Positions 39,530-50,139 of a DNA stretch of 64,000 bases are shown one piece after another. The notes under the pieces were generated by a model. The model did not search any database and was not told where the DNA came from. It saw only the letters and a list, made by a program, of their open reading frames with translations. A program made the position numbers and the translations under genes. Source of the stretch: Candidatus Marinacidobacterales bacterium (GTDB lineage Bacteria; Acidobacteriota; Vicinamibacteria; Marinacidobacterales; DATDRI01); assembly GCA_965219415.1 (NCBI GenBank), contig OZ244742.1:1504001-1568000 (forward strand), given 5' to 3'. How positions within the stretch are numbered: the stretch's first letter is position 1; the number at the start of each line of letters is the position of its first letter.

Positions 39530-41695
39530 TTAGCGTCGCCCCGCATCAGAGGCCGGAGAGCTCAACGTCAACACCCCCACCTTTTCGAGCATCCGAAAGT
39601 ACTCTTCAAACTCTTCGAGTGGGGCAGGACCATACTCCGCCGCAAGCCGCTCTCGAATTTGCCCCAAATTCAATTTTCCGTCCGCGAAATTTAGCGTCTC
39701 CCACGGGTAGTAACGGCCGCGACGAACGAGTCGGATCTTCTTTATGAAATCCGGATCCTGGAGTTTTTCCTTGAGCCAGTCCTGGCCGTATTGGTGTCGA
39801 AATAAATTCACCGGCCCTCTTATCTCCGTGTTGCGCGTGGGAACCAGAAGAGCGATTCCGCCAGTTGGTGGAGACGACGGTTCGACCGCGCCCCATTCAC
39901 GCATTTCCGCGACCGTCGCCGCCTGCTGGCGCAGACGCTTCTGGGCGGCCGGCTCCCGTTCGGCCACACTCCGGGCGGTCTCCGTGACATAGTCCTTCGA
40001 CTTTCCGTCGGAGGCGAAGACTTCGAGCGTCGCGAGCGCTTCCGCTTCGCGCCGATAGGCTTGGGTGATGATAGTCCGGGCCAACCAGTAGTCGTCCAGC
40101 ACGGAGGCTTTCGACGCCGCCCAGAGCACGTCCATCGCCCGTCGCTCCTCAGCGGACAAACGGGCGCCAGCCTTCTGGAGCCCGTTCTGCGCTAAGTTGG
40201 GAACCTCGTCCGCACCCGCCGATGCCATGACCAACGCGGCGGTCCCGGTGATCACGCCCGCTCGCTTCATTTGAGTAGCATCTGCCCGCTCGGGTGTATC
40301 TTCCTGCGTGCCAATGTACGGGTCCGGCCAGGTGTTGAGCAAAACGGCGTGCAAACCAATGCTCGCCTCCCCAACGTCCTCGTGATCACTCGGCCCCCAA
40401 AAATCCTCGATCTTGTAAAAAAATTGATCGCTGCTTCCCGCGGGATCGACGATGGGAAGTAGGAAACCACTTTCGAAGGTTGGGCCACGTCCGTTGCGAA
40501 TGGAGATGTTGTTGCCTTCAGCGACCACCTCGAACATCTCCTGCACGATGTCGTTCACGAAAGAGGGACGTGAGTCTGGCGTGCGATAGAGGCGCAGTAT
40601 CGACTGACTTAGATGCTGATGGTCTCCCACCATGTCCAGATCCAAGTAGGCCAGGACTCGCTTGGTGTTCTCAGGGTATGTATAGAAGTAGTAGAGGCTG
40701 GCGGTGTGCTCCGCTCCCCAGGTGAAGCGGATACCGCGACGTGGCCTTGGAATCCTGCCCCGCTCGACGAGAGTAGCCAGGCTTCTGGCCAAGTCCAGGG
40801 TCGTTCCAACCCCCGTCATATTGTTGCCTCCACCGCCATTGCGGTAGTTGGTGTGCGCCTGAATCCAAATCTCAGGCAGCTCGGGCTCGGTCCCCTTCAC
40901 CACCGCGTGAACCTGCGGGTAGTAGCCAGCCTTCGTTTCCGCTTCGATGTCGGCCCGCACAACAAGTTTCTCCCCGGCGGCGAGCCGGTTCGACAGTCCC
41001 TTTCCCGAACGGAAGGACACCGAAATGACGAAACCCGGGGGCTCGCCATTCGGGCCGTCCCGGGGAGCGATCTGCACTCCGGGAATGAGATCTGGCTCGC
41101 TAATGTGGTTCGAGGTTCTATATGCGATCACTCCCGCGGCACCGTGCTCCCAGACCGCCTTCGCATGCGCCATCCCCGGCGACCCCGAAGCGAGCGCGAT
41201 CTTCCCGGAGACGGACTTGCCTTCGTAATCCGACGGCTTGGTGCCCGCTCCCACATCGACGAGCTCGGCCGTCAAGTTGGCGCTGCCGCTGAATCGGGCG
41301 AGGTAACCGCGATAGGCGTCGAAGCTTGCGATTCTTTCCTTGTTGGGCTCGACCAGCCATATTTCCGCCTTCTTCCCCTCCCACCAGGGCTCCGACCGAA
41401 AGGCCCAGTAGTAGAGCTTTCCATCGGAAGGGAACCTCTCTATCTTCACGTCCGAGAGTCCCCATCGCCGTGCACTGTCGGCGATGTAGTCCGCCGTCTG
41501 ATCCGCGCCGAGCGAAGGCGAGAAACCCGAGAAATTACTGACGATGTGCGTGAAGTGGTTGAGTCCCATTTCACCGGACGTTTCCGCAATCAGGGCGTCC
41601 ATGACCTCGCGGTCGATCAAGGTAGAGTCCTGGCCGCGGGTGATAGCACCGCCGCCAAGAAGCGCGATCAAGGCAACCAAGACTTGTCGCTTCAT
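39530..41695 (-). CDS. M28-like peptidase with PA domain (DUF4910-like)
   Basis: Signal peptide, PA domain, AH..GGNN..G, WGAE, LDMVG, PSDH. Confidence 0.8.
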   Translation of the reverse strand: MKRQVLVALIALLGGGAITRGQDSTLIDREVMDALIAETSGEMGLNHFTHIVSNFSGFSPSLGADQTADYIADSARRWGLSDVKIERFPSDGKLYYWAFRSEPWWEGKKAEIWLVEPNKERIASFDAYRGYLARFSGSANLTAELVDVGAGTKPSDYEGKSVSGKIALASGSPGMAHAKAVWEHGAAGVIAYRTSNHISEPDLIPGVQIAPRDGPNGEPPGFVISVSFRSGKGLSNRLAAGEKLVVRADIEAETKAGYYPQVHAVVKGTEPELPEIWIQAHTNYRNGGGGNNMTGVGTTLDLARSLATLVERGRIPRPRRGIRFTWGAEHTASLYYFYTYPENTKRVLAYLDLDMVGDHQHLSQSILRLYRTPDSRPSFVNDIVQEMFEVVAEGNNISIRNGRGPTFESGFLLPIVDPAGSSDQFFYKIEDFWGPSDHEDVGEASIGLHAVLLNTWPDPYIGTQEDTPERADATQMKRAGVITGTAALVMASAGADEVPNLAQNGLQKAGARLSAEERRAMDVLWAASKASVLDDYWLARTIITQAYRREAEALATLEVFASDGKSKDYVTETARSVAEREPAAQKRLRQQAATVAEMREWGAVEPSSPPTGGIALLVPTRNTEIRGPVNLFRHQYGQDWLKEKLQDPDFIKKIRLVRRGRYYPWETLNFADGKLNLGQIRERLAAEYGPAPLEEFEEYFRMLEKVGVLTLSSPASDAGRR

Positions 41696-41812
41696 CGGTT
41701 CATCTCCTCCCGCCCTCTTCGGGGCGATGCGCGAGGCGTCGGCGCCTCGCCGTTTCTCGAGTCGCTCCTGACCATCCTTTTAGCACAACGCTCTTTCTGA
41801 GATCGACCACCC

Positions 41813-42898
41813 TCAAGTTTCCGACAGCACCCACCGAGCGGCCGCCAGTCCGGCAAGTTGGCCGGACCGGCGGGCCTCGTCTTCGTCCGCTGGGCTCAGA
41901 ACGTCTCCGGCTAGGAAGACTCCCGGAAGTGTGGTGCTTCCTTGAGAAGATACTCTCGCGCGGTCACCTTTGAGCTGTGGATCGTAGTGGGTCTCGCAAC
42001 CGAGGGCACGGGCGAGCCCGAGGGAAGGAGCTCTTGTTCCTTCGACCACAACCGTATCCACATCGACATCGACATCGACCTCGCCTTCCGGGAGAGCGCG
42101 CTGGTCGGGATCGGCGGCGACCAGCCTGGCGCCCGATACTCGGAGCTTTCCCTGGGCCGAAGCCAAGATCATTTCCTGCCCCATCACGATGACGTGCTCG
42201 GCGCCGAGTCGCTCCAGGCGCTCGCCGAGTCGGCGTGCTCTCTCCGCCCCTCCGCAGAGCAAGAATCGTGAGCCGGGCAAGAAGCTCTTTTCCACGAAGC
42301 GCTCCGTCAAATCCATCGGTAGCACACCAGGAAGCGTCGAACCCGGAAACGAATGCACGCGATCGAAGGCCCCGGTGGCAACGACGAGCGCTTTCCATTT
42401 CAACGGGACCCGCGCGCCGTCTCGCAAACAGAAAAGCTCCCGGTCCATCACCATCGTCGGTTCCGGAGACCGAACCGCAGGGAGTGATACCAACCTCGCT
42501 TCCAGAACATCGATGTCTTTAATTCCCGCATCGCGTGCCGCACGAGCGGCCTCGAGGCCCGCGGGTCCGGCTCCGATGACGACGATGCTGGCGCGGCGAT
42601 AAGCCTCGAGCCGCGGCGGATCGACGATACGACTCAGTGCGTTCTCCTCACCGGAAGACTCCGAAGTTCTGAGCGAGAGATCTGGACACAAGGGAAATCG
42701 ACAACACGGCAAATCGGGCAGGCCATCCACCAGAACATTGCAGTCTCGGCAACTTCCATTGCCACAGAACAAGTATGGGAGCTCGCTCGACGGAGGAATT
42801 TCGGAGTCTTTGCGGAAGTGCTTCATCACCGCCGCGCCAGCAAACTCGATGGAATCGCCTGCGGCTAGTTCTTCACCGTTCAAGAAAAAAAGGCTCAT
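41813..42898 (-). CDS. 2Fe-2S + FAD-dependent oxidoreductase (HcnA/B, sarcosine oxidase alpha-like)
   Basis: FCGNGSCRDCNV..C; VIGAGPAGL; VATGA; FPGSTLPGV; TTLPGVFLAGD. Confidence 0.82.
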   Translation of the reverse strand: MSLFFLNGEELAAGDSIEFAGAAVMKHFRKDSEIPPSSELPYLFCGNGSCRDCNVLVDGLPDLPCCRFPLCPDLSLRTSESSGEENALSRIVDPPRLEAYRRASIVVIGAGPAGLEAARAARDAGIKDIDVLEARLVSLPAVRSPEPTMVMDRELFCLRDGARVPLKWKALVVATGAFDRVHSFPGSTLPGVLPMDLTERFVEKSFLPGSRFLLCGGAERARRLGERLERLGAEHVIVMGQEMILASAQGKLRVSGARLVAADPDQRALPEGEVDVDVDVDTVVVEGTRAPSLGLARALGCETHYDPQLKGDRARVSSQGSTTLPGVFLAGDVLSPADEDEARRSGQLAGLAAARWVLSET

Positions 42899-42918
42899 TT
42901 ACGTATAGTATCTCGGTC

Positions 42919-44688
42919 ATGAGGTGGTGGTGGGTCGCATTGCTGGCGTTGGCCGGTTTTCATTCCTGCTCTTCCGGCCCACCCGCCGATCTGATTCTCC
43001 GTGGCGGGAGGATCTACACCGTAGACCGAGAGCAGCCTTGGGCGGAGGCGGTCGCGATTCGCGGGGACGCGTTCGTCACCGTGGGAAGCAACCAAGACGT
43101 GGATCGTCTGCTCGGCGCCGATACAGCCGTCGTCGAGCTCGATGGCCGACTGGTCCTTCCTGGCATTATCGACAGCCACATCCACTTCCTCGATGGCTCA
43201 CTTCTCCTAGACCGTGTCCAACTCGGCGAGGCCACGTCGCTCGAGGAGATGAAGGACATCGTGCGCCTCTATGCGGAGGCTACCCCCGAGGCTTCCTGGA
43301 TCATCGGACAGGGTTGGAACTACACCCACGTCGATGGCGGACGGTTGCCCACGCGACACGATCTGGACGAAGTCGTCGCCGACCGCCCTGTGTTCCTCAT
43401 GGCTTATGACGGTCACACCGCGTGGGTGACCTCGAAGGCTTTCGTTGCCGCCGGGTTGGATCGTCAGTCGAAGCCATTGGGCCCAGGCGAGATTGTTCGG
43501 GACCCCGAAACGGGAGAGCTAACCGGAGCACTCAAGGAGGAAGGAGCGATCCAGTTGGTGCGTCGGATCATTCCCCGGCCCACGCGCGAGGAGTTACTAG
43601 CGGCACTCCGGAAGGGGATCGCCTATGCGCACCGTTTCGGCGTGACGAGTTTCCACTCCGCCATGGGGATTCCCACCGAGGCGGATGCCGATGGATATCT
43701 GGATAGCGACGTCCTCGATCTATTCGCGGAATTAGAGCGACGCAGCGAGCTGACTCTACGGGTCTATTCGGCGATGACGGTCGATGAGACCACGACCGAC
43801 GAGGATTTGGACCGGTTCTCCGAGCTGGCGGCGCGCCACCGAGGTCCTTGGCTCAAGACGGGTGCCGTTAAAATCTTCATGGATGGGGTCATCGAAACTC
43901 ACACTGCGGCGATGCTCGAGCCGTATGCGAACGATCTTGAAGCAAGTGGAACTCCCAACTACTCACAGGCCGATATCAACGCCCTCATCTCCAAACTGGA
44001 CGCGCGAGGCTTTCAGATTTTCACCCATGCCGTTGGTGATCGAGCGGTACGCATGGTCCTCAGCGCCTATGAAGCGGCCGCGAGCGAACATCCGGAATCG
44101 CGTGGCCGTCACCGCATCGAGCACATCGAGGTCATCTCTGAGGTAGACATCCCTCGTTTCGCCGAACTCGATGTCATCGCAGCGATGCAGCCACACCACG
44201 CAACCCCCGATTACGTGGGAGTGTGGGCCAAGGGAGTAGGTCCGGAGCGGATCGAGCGAGCCTTTGCGTGGAAGAGCCTGCGCGATGCGGGAGCGCGAGG
44301 CATCCACGGAAGCGACTGGCCGGTGGTCACCATCGACCCGTTGGTCGGCCTCCACACCGCCGTCACCCGCCAGGATCTCGACAGCCGGCCGGAGGGTGGT
44401 TGGATTCCCGATCAAAGATTGACGCTCCCGGACGCGATCTCCGGCTACACGTTGGATGCCGCCTTTGCGACTTTCGAGGAGGACGTCAAGGGTTCCATCG
44501 AGGTCGGGAAGCTGGCCGATCTAGCCGTTCTCTCGCAAGATCTCTTTAAGGTACCGCCGCGCAAGATTGCGAGGACCGAGGTCATGATGACCGTCGTCGG
44601 AGGAAGAGCAGTCTATGTCTCGCCGCGCTTCTTGCCGCAAGAGCGGATAGAAACACTGCCGTCGATGAGTTCCCAAGGAGAGCAGTGA
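42919..44688 (+). CDS. Amidohydrolase 3 family (YtcJ-like) lipoprotein
   Basis: PGIIDSHIH, KIFMDG, HAVGDRA, HRIEH, GSDWPV, GKLADL. Confidence 0.92.
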   Translation: MRWWWVALLALAGFHSCSSGPPADLILRGGRIYTVDREQPWAEAVAIRGDAFVTVGSNQDVDRLLGADTAVVELDGRLVLPGIIDSHIHFLDGSLLLDRVQLGEATSLEEMKDIVRLYAEATPEASWIIGQGWNYTHVDGGRLPTRHDLDEVVADRPVFLMAYDGHTAWVTSKAFVAAGLDRQSKPLGPGEIVRDPETGELTGALKEEGAIQLVRRIIPRPTREELLAALRKGIAYAHRFGVTSFHSAMGIPTEADADGYLDSDVLDLFAELERRSELTLRVYSAMTVDETTTDEDLDRFSELAARHRGPWLKTGAVKIFMDGVIETHTAAMLEPYANDLEASGTPNYSQADINALISKLDARGFQIFTHAVGDRAVRMVLSAYEAAASEHPESRGRHRIEHIEVISEVDIPRFAELDVIAAMQPHHATPDYVGVWAKGVGPERIERAFAWKSLRDAGARGIHGSDWPVVTIDPLVGLHTAVTRQDLDSRPEGGWIPDQRLTLPDAISGYTLDAAFATFEEDVKGSIEVGKLADLAVLSQDLFKVPPRKIARTEVMMTVVGGRAVYVSPRFLPQERIETLPSMSSQGEQ

Positions 44689-45280
44689 TGACGAGTGTAA
44701 TGGAAAGGATTGCATTGTTTGTTTTTGTGATGGCTGTGGCTACTGCTTCCCAGGCCCAGGAAAAGATCAAAGTGATCGTTGACCAAGATGCGCGCGGGCC
44801 GTGCAGCACCGACATGCAGTCGATCCTGATGTTCGCTCAATCTCCGAACGTGGAGGTTCTAGGCGTCACCATCGTTAGCGGCGACTTGTGGATGGATCAA
44901 GAGACGCTCCACACCCTCCGCGCTCTCGAGATCGCGGGCCGAGCTGATATTCCGGTTTACCGCGGGGCGGTGTTTTCCTTGCTAAACAGCAAGGAAGAGG
45001 CGGAACGCTGGGAGACGCTCTACGGCGAGCATCTTTATAAGGGAGCCTGGAACGACGAGATGCCAGGACCGTACGAGCGCGTGCCCCTCCCCGAGGGCGA
45101 GCCGACGACCGAGCCCGCCGAGGGTCACGCCGCCAACTTCATCGTAGAAGCAGTCAACGCTAATCCGGGGGAGGTTGTGATCTGGGGCGGAGGCCCGCTC
45201 ACCAACATCGCGCTCGCGCTGATGCTGGATCCGAAGCTTCCGGAGAAGGCCAAGGAGTTGGTGGTGATGGGGGGTGGGAT

Positions 45281-46653
45281 GAGCTCTTGTTCAATAGGTG
45301 TGTAAAAAAGTTCAGGCAGCAGCAACCTTCGACGACTCCGTTACCCTGTCTCCATCTTCAAATCGAACGCCCAGGTGAACCTCTCGCATCAGCTCCGGTG
45401 CGTTGAGCCGGCGAAAATTCTTCTCCGCAACCAGAAGCAGTTTGAAGATTGTCGCAGTGGCGGACTCGACTTTCTTGAACCTTTTGGCCGCATCCGTTCT
45501 CAATCTCAGTGCAGCGAACGGTGACTCCACGACGTTGCTCGTGCGAAGGTGTTGCCAGTGAGGCTTGGGAAAGGAATAGAAGCTGACCATCCGCTCCCAG
45601 TCCTCGTCGAGCACGTGCGCGGCCCCCGGAAGACCCTTGCGCAAGCACCAATCCTGGAACTTGGCCTTCTTCGTCTCGCACTCCTGCAGGCTGGTGGGGT
45701 AGGGGGTCGCCGTCAACAGCGGCTTGGCCTGCGCCTGGTCCCTTTTCGGAATCCGGTCCAGTACGTTGAGGATTCGGTGGTTCCAGCACCGCTGCTCCTC
45801 AGCTTCTGGAAATACGTTTCGGGTCGCGGCCCAGATGCCGAGATGACCGTCACCGATCACCAAACGGGGACATCTCAGACCGCGCTTCTTCAGTCTCCGT
45901 AGCAGCGACGACCATGACGCTTCGGATTCTCGATGCCCGGCCTCCAGCGTCAGGACGATTTTCGTCCCGTCGGACAGGCCACCAACCGCAACTAGCACCG
46001 CCGCCTTGTCCTTCTCAAGGCCGGCCTTCACGTACACGCCATCTACCCACAGGGACACGAGCTCGAGTTCGTCCAGTGGGCGAGCTAGCCACTGCTCGTA
46101 CTCTCCCTGCCATTTCTGTTTCAGCCGCGACACCGTGCTGGGAGAAAGTGGAGCGTCCTCCCCTAGAAGCCCGCGGAGCGCCAAATCGAAATCTCCGTGA
46201 GCTAGTCCATGCAGGTACAGCTCCGGAATCAACTCGCTCACCGTTTCGCTCCGACGCTTGAACAGCGGAAGCACTCGACTTTCGAACCTCTCCTCCACGT
46301 CCCCTACTCTCGGCCGGCGAACCGTCACCGTGCCCACGCTCATCGTCAGCTTCCGAGGCTTACCGTATCCATTTCGATAGCCCGCCGTTGTGTCCACGGG
46401 CTTCCGTCTCTCCGATTTCTCACGCCCGAGAAGCTCCGTGACTTCGGCTACCATCAGCTCCTGCACCCAATCCTGGATCTCGAGCCTCGCCCACTTCTCC
46501 AGCGACTCCCAAGCCACCCTTGACGAGCTCCGTCGTCTTGTGGTCTTTTCCTTCATGGCGGTGTCTCCTTCCGTTGGCCCCTTCACGCCGTGTTTCGTGA
46601 CGCGGAAGGTTACTCCGCCTTTACTTTATTTCCACACCTTCTGAGGGTAGCTC
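45281..46653 (-). mobile_element. IS256-family element, copy 2
   Basis: Same IRs as copy 1; perfect 8-bp TSD GGTGGGAT at 45273-80 and 46654-61. Confidence 0.96.
45312..46556 (-). CDS. IS256 family transposase (intact)
   Basis: 414-aa ORF after RBS GAAGGAG; DDE mutator motifs. Confidence 0.95.
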   Translation of the reverse strand: MKEKTTRRRSSSRVAWESLEKWARLEIQDWVQELMVAEVTELLGREKSERRKPVDTTAGYRNGYGKPRKLTMSVGTVTVRRPRVGDVEERFESRVLPLFKRRSETVSELIPELYLHGLAHGDFDLALRGLLGEDAPLSPSTVSRLKQKWQGEYEQWLARPLDELELVSLWVDGVYVKAGLEKDKAAVLVAVGGLSDGTKIVLTLEAGHRESEASWSSLLRRLKKRGLRCPRLVIGDGHLGIWAATRNVFPEAEEQRCWNHRILNVLDRIPKRDQAQAKPLLTATPYPTSLQECETKKAKFQDWCLRKGLPGAAHVLDEDWERMVSFYSFPKPHWQHLRTSNVVESPFAALRLRTDAAKRFKKVESATATIFKLLLVAEKNFRRLNAPELMREVHLGVRFEDGDRVTESSKVAAA

Positions 46654-47146
46654 GGTGGGATCGACCGTGCGCTCTACCGCAAGGAGTTCAACTGGTGGTG
46701 GGATCCGGAAGCGGCCCGGATGGTGCTGCGGGCCCCCTGGAAGAAACTAACCATCACCCCGGTCGACATCTCGGTCAAGACACGCCACAGCGAGGAGTTG
46801 GTGGCACGCATCGGCCGGTCTCCCAAACCCGTGGCGCAGTACATCAAGCGCTTTCACCGAAAATCACCGCCGGACGCCGATCCCGATTGGGTCCCCTGGA
46901 TTTTCATGTGGGATGAGGTAAGCGTGGCGAGCGTTCTCGACCCTTCGATCGTTACTGACCAACGGCAAATGTTCGTCGACGTCGAGATCGACCATGGTAT
47001 CGACCACGGTATCACACTGGCCTGGGAGCTGGATCAGCATCAGCCACCTGGTGTGGGAAGAGCGTGGGTTCAGTTCGATTTGGATCTAGATCGCTTCTAC
47101 GAGTTGTACGAGGAGCTAATGAGCCGCCAAGCAGCCACCGACTAGC

Positions 47147-48757
47147 TTAGTTTGTAGTGCCGGGTTGCGTGATCTCCATCCGCTCGTTGATCTTGGCTTC
47201 GCGGACTACGCGCCGTACGTCGGCCAGCAGCGCCGGCGCGTCATAGATAATGCCGTCCTTGATGGTGTACCGGACGCCGCCAACCCGAATCGGTTGGTCG
47301 TCGTCGTTCAGCTTGATGGCTCCGGTGCCATACAGCACCTTGAGATTCAAAAGCGGGCTCTCCTCCAAGATCGCGAAGTCTGCCAGCTTGCCGACCTCTA
47401 CCGATCCGATCTGATCCGACATCCCCAAGGCCTCGGCGCCCTCGAGTGTCGCGGACCGAATGACCTCTAGAGGATGGAACCCCGCCTCTCGCAAAAGCTC
47501 CAACTCTCGAATGTAATCGAAACCGTACAACTTGTAGATGAATCCCGAATCGGATCCCGCGGCCACTCGCCCGCCACGGTTCTTGTACTCGTTGACGAAC
47601 GTCATCCACAGTCGGTAGTTGTTCTTCCACGCCACCTCGTCTTCGGTCGTCCAGTAAAACCAGTAAGACCCGTGGGCCTTTCGGCTCGGCCGGTAGAAAC
47701 GCCACAAGGATGGCAAGGTGTAGTCGTCGTGCCACTCAGCCCTTCGCGCCCGCATCAAGTCTCGACTCGCCTCGTAGATGGTGAACGTAGGAACTAACGT
47801 AAAGTCGAGCTCGAGGAGCTCGTCCATGACCTTGTTCCAATGTCCACTGTAAGGAGGTGCCGCTTGTTTCCAGAGTCGCCCGGCCTGTCCGAAGCGATCC
47901 TGTTCGTTGCTGTAGTTGTAATCGAGCGGGAAATCCTGGACCGTCCGATCTGTGAACAAAGCCTCCGGCAATCCGTACCAATGCTCCATGGTAGTGAGCC
48001 CCAGTCGAGCGGAGTCCAGTACGTTCATCCACGCCACGCCCATTTGGGCATGATGGCAGGCGGTTCGAATTCCCTGTTCCTTGGCTTCATCGATGGTGGC
48101 CGCCATGATATCGGGGCGGAGCGACGTGAGTTTCAAACCATCCGCCCCCTGCTTGGCCACTTCCGCTACCCACGCCCGAGCCTGGTCGGGAGACGCGACC
48201 GGAGCGTCCCGACCTTGGCCGAATCGGATGTAGGCCTCAATGCGTGGTGCGGTGATCTCGTTCTTCCCGCTCTTCTCCTTGTGGCGCAGATTCCAATCCA
48301 ACCCGTTACCGCTCCCCGGGTCGCGGATAGTCGTGATCCCGTGCCCCATCCAAAGCTTGAAAACGTACTCTGCCGACGTGCCTTGGCTGGCGCCACCGAT
48401 ATGCCCATGCATGTCCACCAAACCGGGAATCACGTACATTCCCTCAACGTCGAGCTCCTTGTCACCCGGCTCGGCCTTTGGTCTCTTATCTTCATCAATC
48501 GGAACGCTGGGAAATCCAACATTCTTTATCTGCACGATACGATTCTGCTCGACGACGATGTCAACCGGACCGATTGGAGGTGCACCGGTACCGTCGATGA
48601 GGGTGGCACCGCGCAGTATCAAGCGATCGAATGGTCCTTCGCCTTCCGCGCGCGGCGGCGCATCGGGAATCGGCTGCGGCTGGCGTTGCGCAGAAACCCC
48701 CTGGCTCAGTAGCAAAGCTACAAAGAGCGATGTTTTTGTAAGGTTCCGGTTGGTCAC
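47147..48757 (-). CDS. Amidohydrolase family protein (secreted)
   Basis: GTG start after GGAGG; PGLVDMHGH, GITTIRDPG, GSDSG, GKLADF. Confidence 0.9.
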   Translation of the reverse strand: MTNRNLTKTSLFVALLLSQGVSAQRQPQPIPDAPPRAEGEGPFDRLILRGATLIDGTGAPPIGPVDIVVEQNRIVQIKNVGFPSVPIDEDKRPKAEPGDKELDVEGMYVIPGLVDMHGHIGGASQGTSAEYVFKLWMGHGITTIRDPGSGNGLDWNLRHKEKSGKNEITAPRIEAYIRFGQGRDAPVASPDQARAWVAEVAKQGADGLKLTSLRPDIMAATIDEAKEQGIRTACHHAQMGVAWMNVLDSARLGLTTMEHWYGLPEALFTDRTVQDFPLDYNYSNEQDRFGQAGRLWKQAAPPYSGHWNKVMDELLELDFTLVPTFTIYEASRDLMRARRAEWHDDYTLPSLWRFYRPSRKAHGSYWFYWTTEDEVAWKNNYRLWMTFVNEYKNRGGRVAAGSDSGFIYKLYGFDYIRELELLREAGFHPLEVIRSATLEGAEALGMSDQIGSVEVGKLADFAILEESPLLNLKVLYGTGAIKLNDDDQPIRVGGVRYTIKDGIIYDAPALLADVRRVVREAKINERMEITQPGTTN

Positions 48758-48902
48758 GGTTCGGCCTCCCCTCTCAGGCAAAGCTCGACGGAATATATTA
48801 CATAACGCAGCGATTGGCGATTCGGCAGCTGACACCTCGCAGTCACCGTTGCTACCGCGCAACGGAATGCACTATCCTCTATCCTAGTTCACGGAGTTAG
48901 AC

Positions 48903-50123
48903 ATGAGACTTGCTCGTTTCGAGAACTTCTTTGCAACCCTCGCCTGCGCGGCTTCTTTCCCGGTGATCGTCGCCGCGCAGTCGGAACCCACAGAGCAGCA
49001 GAGAACGGAGAGGTTCCGCGAGGTCCGACAACAACTCGTCGAGGCCTTCGAGAAGGATCCCGAGGCACGGGTGGCGCTCGCAGATCTGGATCTGCCACCG
49101 CGGATGGCCGAACGGATTGATCACAACCGCGACGGTTTCATCACCCGAGACGAAGCCCAAGGCATCTTGGAACGCCGGAGATCGCAGAGCCCGAGAGACC
49201 GATCCGACTTCACACATCTCAACGAGGAAGGCTATCCCCTGAACGTCAACCCGGAAGTGGTCTCGGCGGAAGATGCCCCACTCGGTGATGGTGACATCGT
49301 CATGGGCGTCGTCGTCGCGGGCGAACCCCGTGCCTACCCCGTCAACTACATGAACGGTCCGACTAACGAGGTCGTGAACGACACACTCGGCGGGACCGAC
49401 ATCGCGCCGAGCTGGTGACCGATCGATCACAGCGGCGTAGTCTACGCCCGCGAGTTCGACGGTAAGGCCTACGACTTCGGCGTGGTAGGGGTCGACGAGG
49501 GCACCCTGATTCTGTACAACAAACAAACGAACTCCTGGTGGAATCAGCTCTTCGGAAAGGCAGTGAGTGGTCCCATGGAGGGAAAGCAGCTCGTCAAGCT
49601 GCCTTCCACGATGACGACCTGGGCCAAGTGGAAAATCCTTCACCCGGACACAACTGTCTATGTGAAACGGTCGATTCCCTATGATCAAAGGTTCACCCGG
49701 GAGACGTTCGAGAAGATCGCTCGGATGGAGGACGGCCCGATCCGCTCCAACGACCTCGTGGTTGGACTCGAGGGGCATGTCACCTCGAGGGCTTATCTAG
49801 TCCGTCGGCTCACCAAGAACCGCCTCGTCAACGACATGATCGAGGGACAACCCATCGCCGTTTACCTTAGCGAGGATCTGACCACGGCGCGGGTTCTCGA
49901 CCGCAAGGTCGACGGAAAGACGCTTAGCCTAGAGATCTCTGATGGCGATCAATTGCAGGATCGAGAGACCGGGACCTCTTGGGATCCTCTAACCGGCGAG
50001 GCGGTCGCGGGGCCGCTCAAAGGGAAGAGACTCGAACCTCTCGTCTCAACCTATTCGCTCTGGTTCGCGTGGAAGAAATACCGTCCCGACACCGAAATCT
50101 ATGGAGAGGTTTCCTCGGAGTGA
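48903..50123 (+). CDS. EF-hand + DUF3179 selenoprotein (UGA at 49416-49418 read as Sec)
   Basis: ORFs 48903-49418 and 49482-50123 are in the same frame, separated only by one TGA at the position of the DUF3179 C-P-x-C cysteine (VVNDTLGG..PSW-U-PIDHSG); RAYP, SWWNQ..G.AVSGP, TTWAKWK..HPDT, WFAW motifs. Confidence 0.85.
49418..49463 (+). promoter_or_regulatory. Candidate bacterial SECIS element
   Basis: Hairpin ACCG-A-TCGA...GCGGCGTA-GTC-TACGCCCGC...TCGA-CGGT right after UGA; G-initiated apical loop ~21 nt from UGA. Confidence 0.7.
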
Positions 50124-50139
50124 GACAGGGTATCACGGG

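Larger units (their letters stand above)
44685..47145 (+). pseudogene. Nucleoside hydrolase family gene interrupted by IS256
   Basis: N-part VDQD..GPLTNIALA..VMGGG; C-part IDRALYRKEFNWWWDPEAA..MWD; rejoins in frame once the IS and one TSD copy are removed. Confidence 0.92.
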
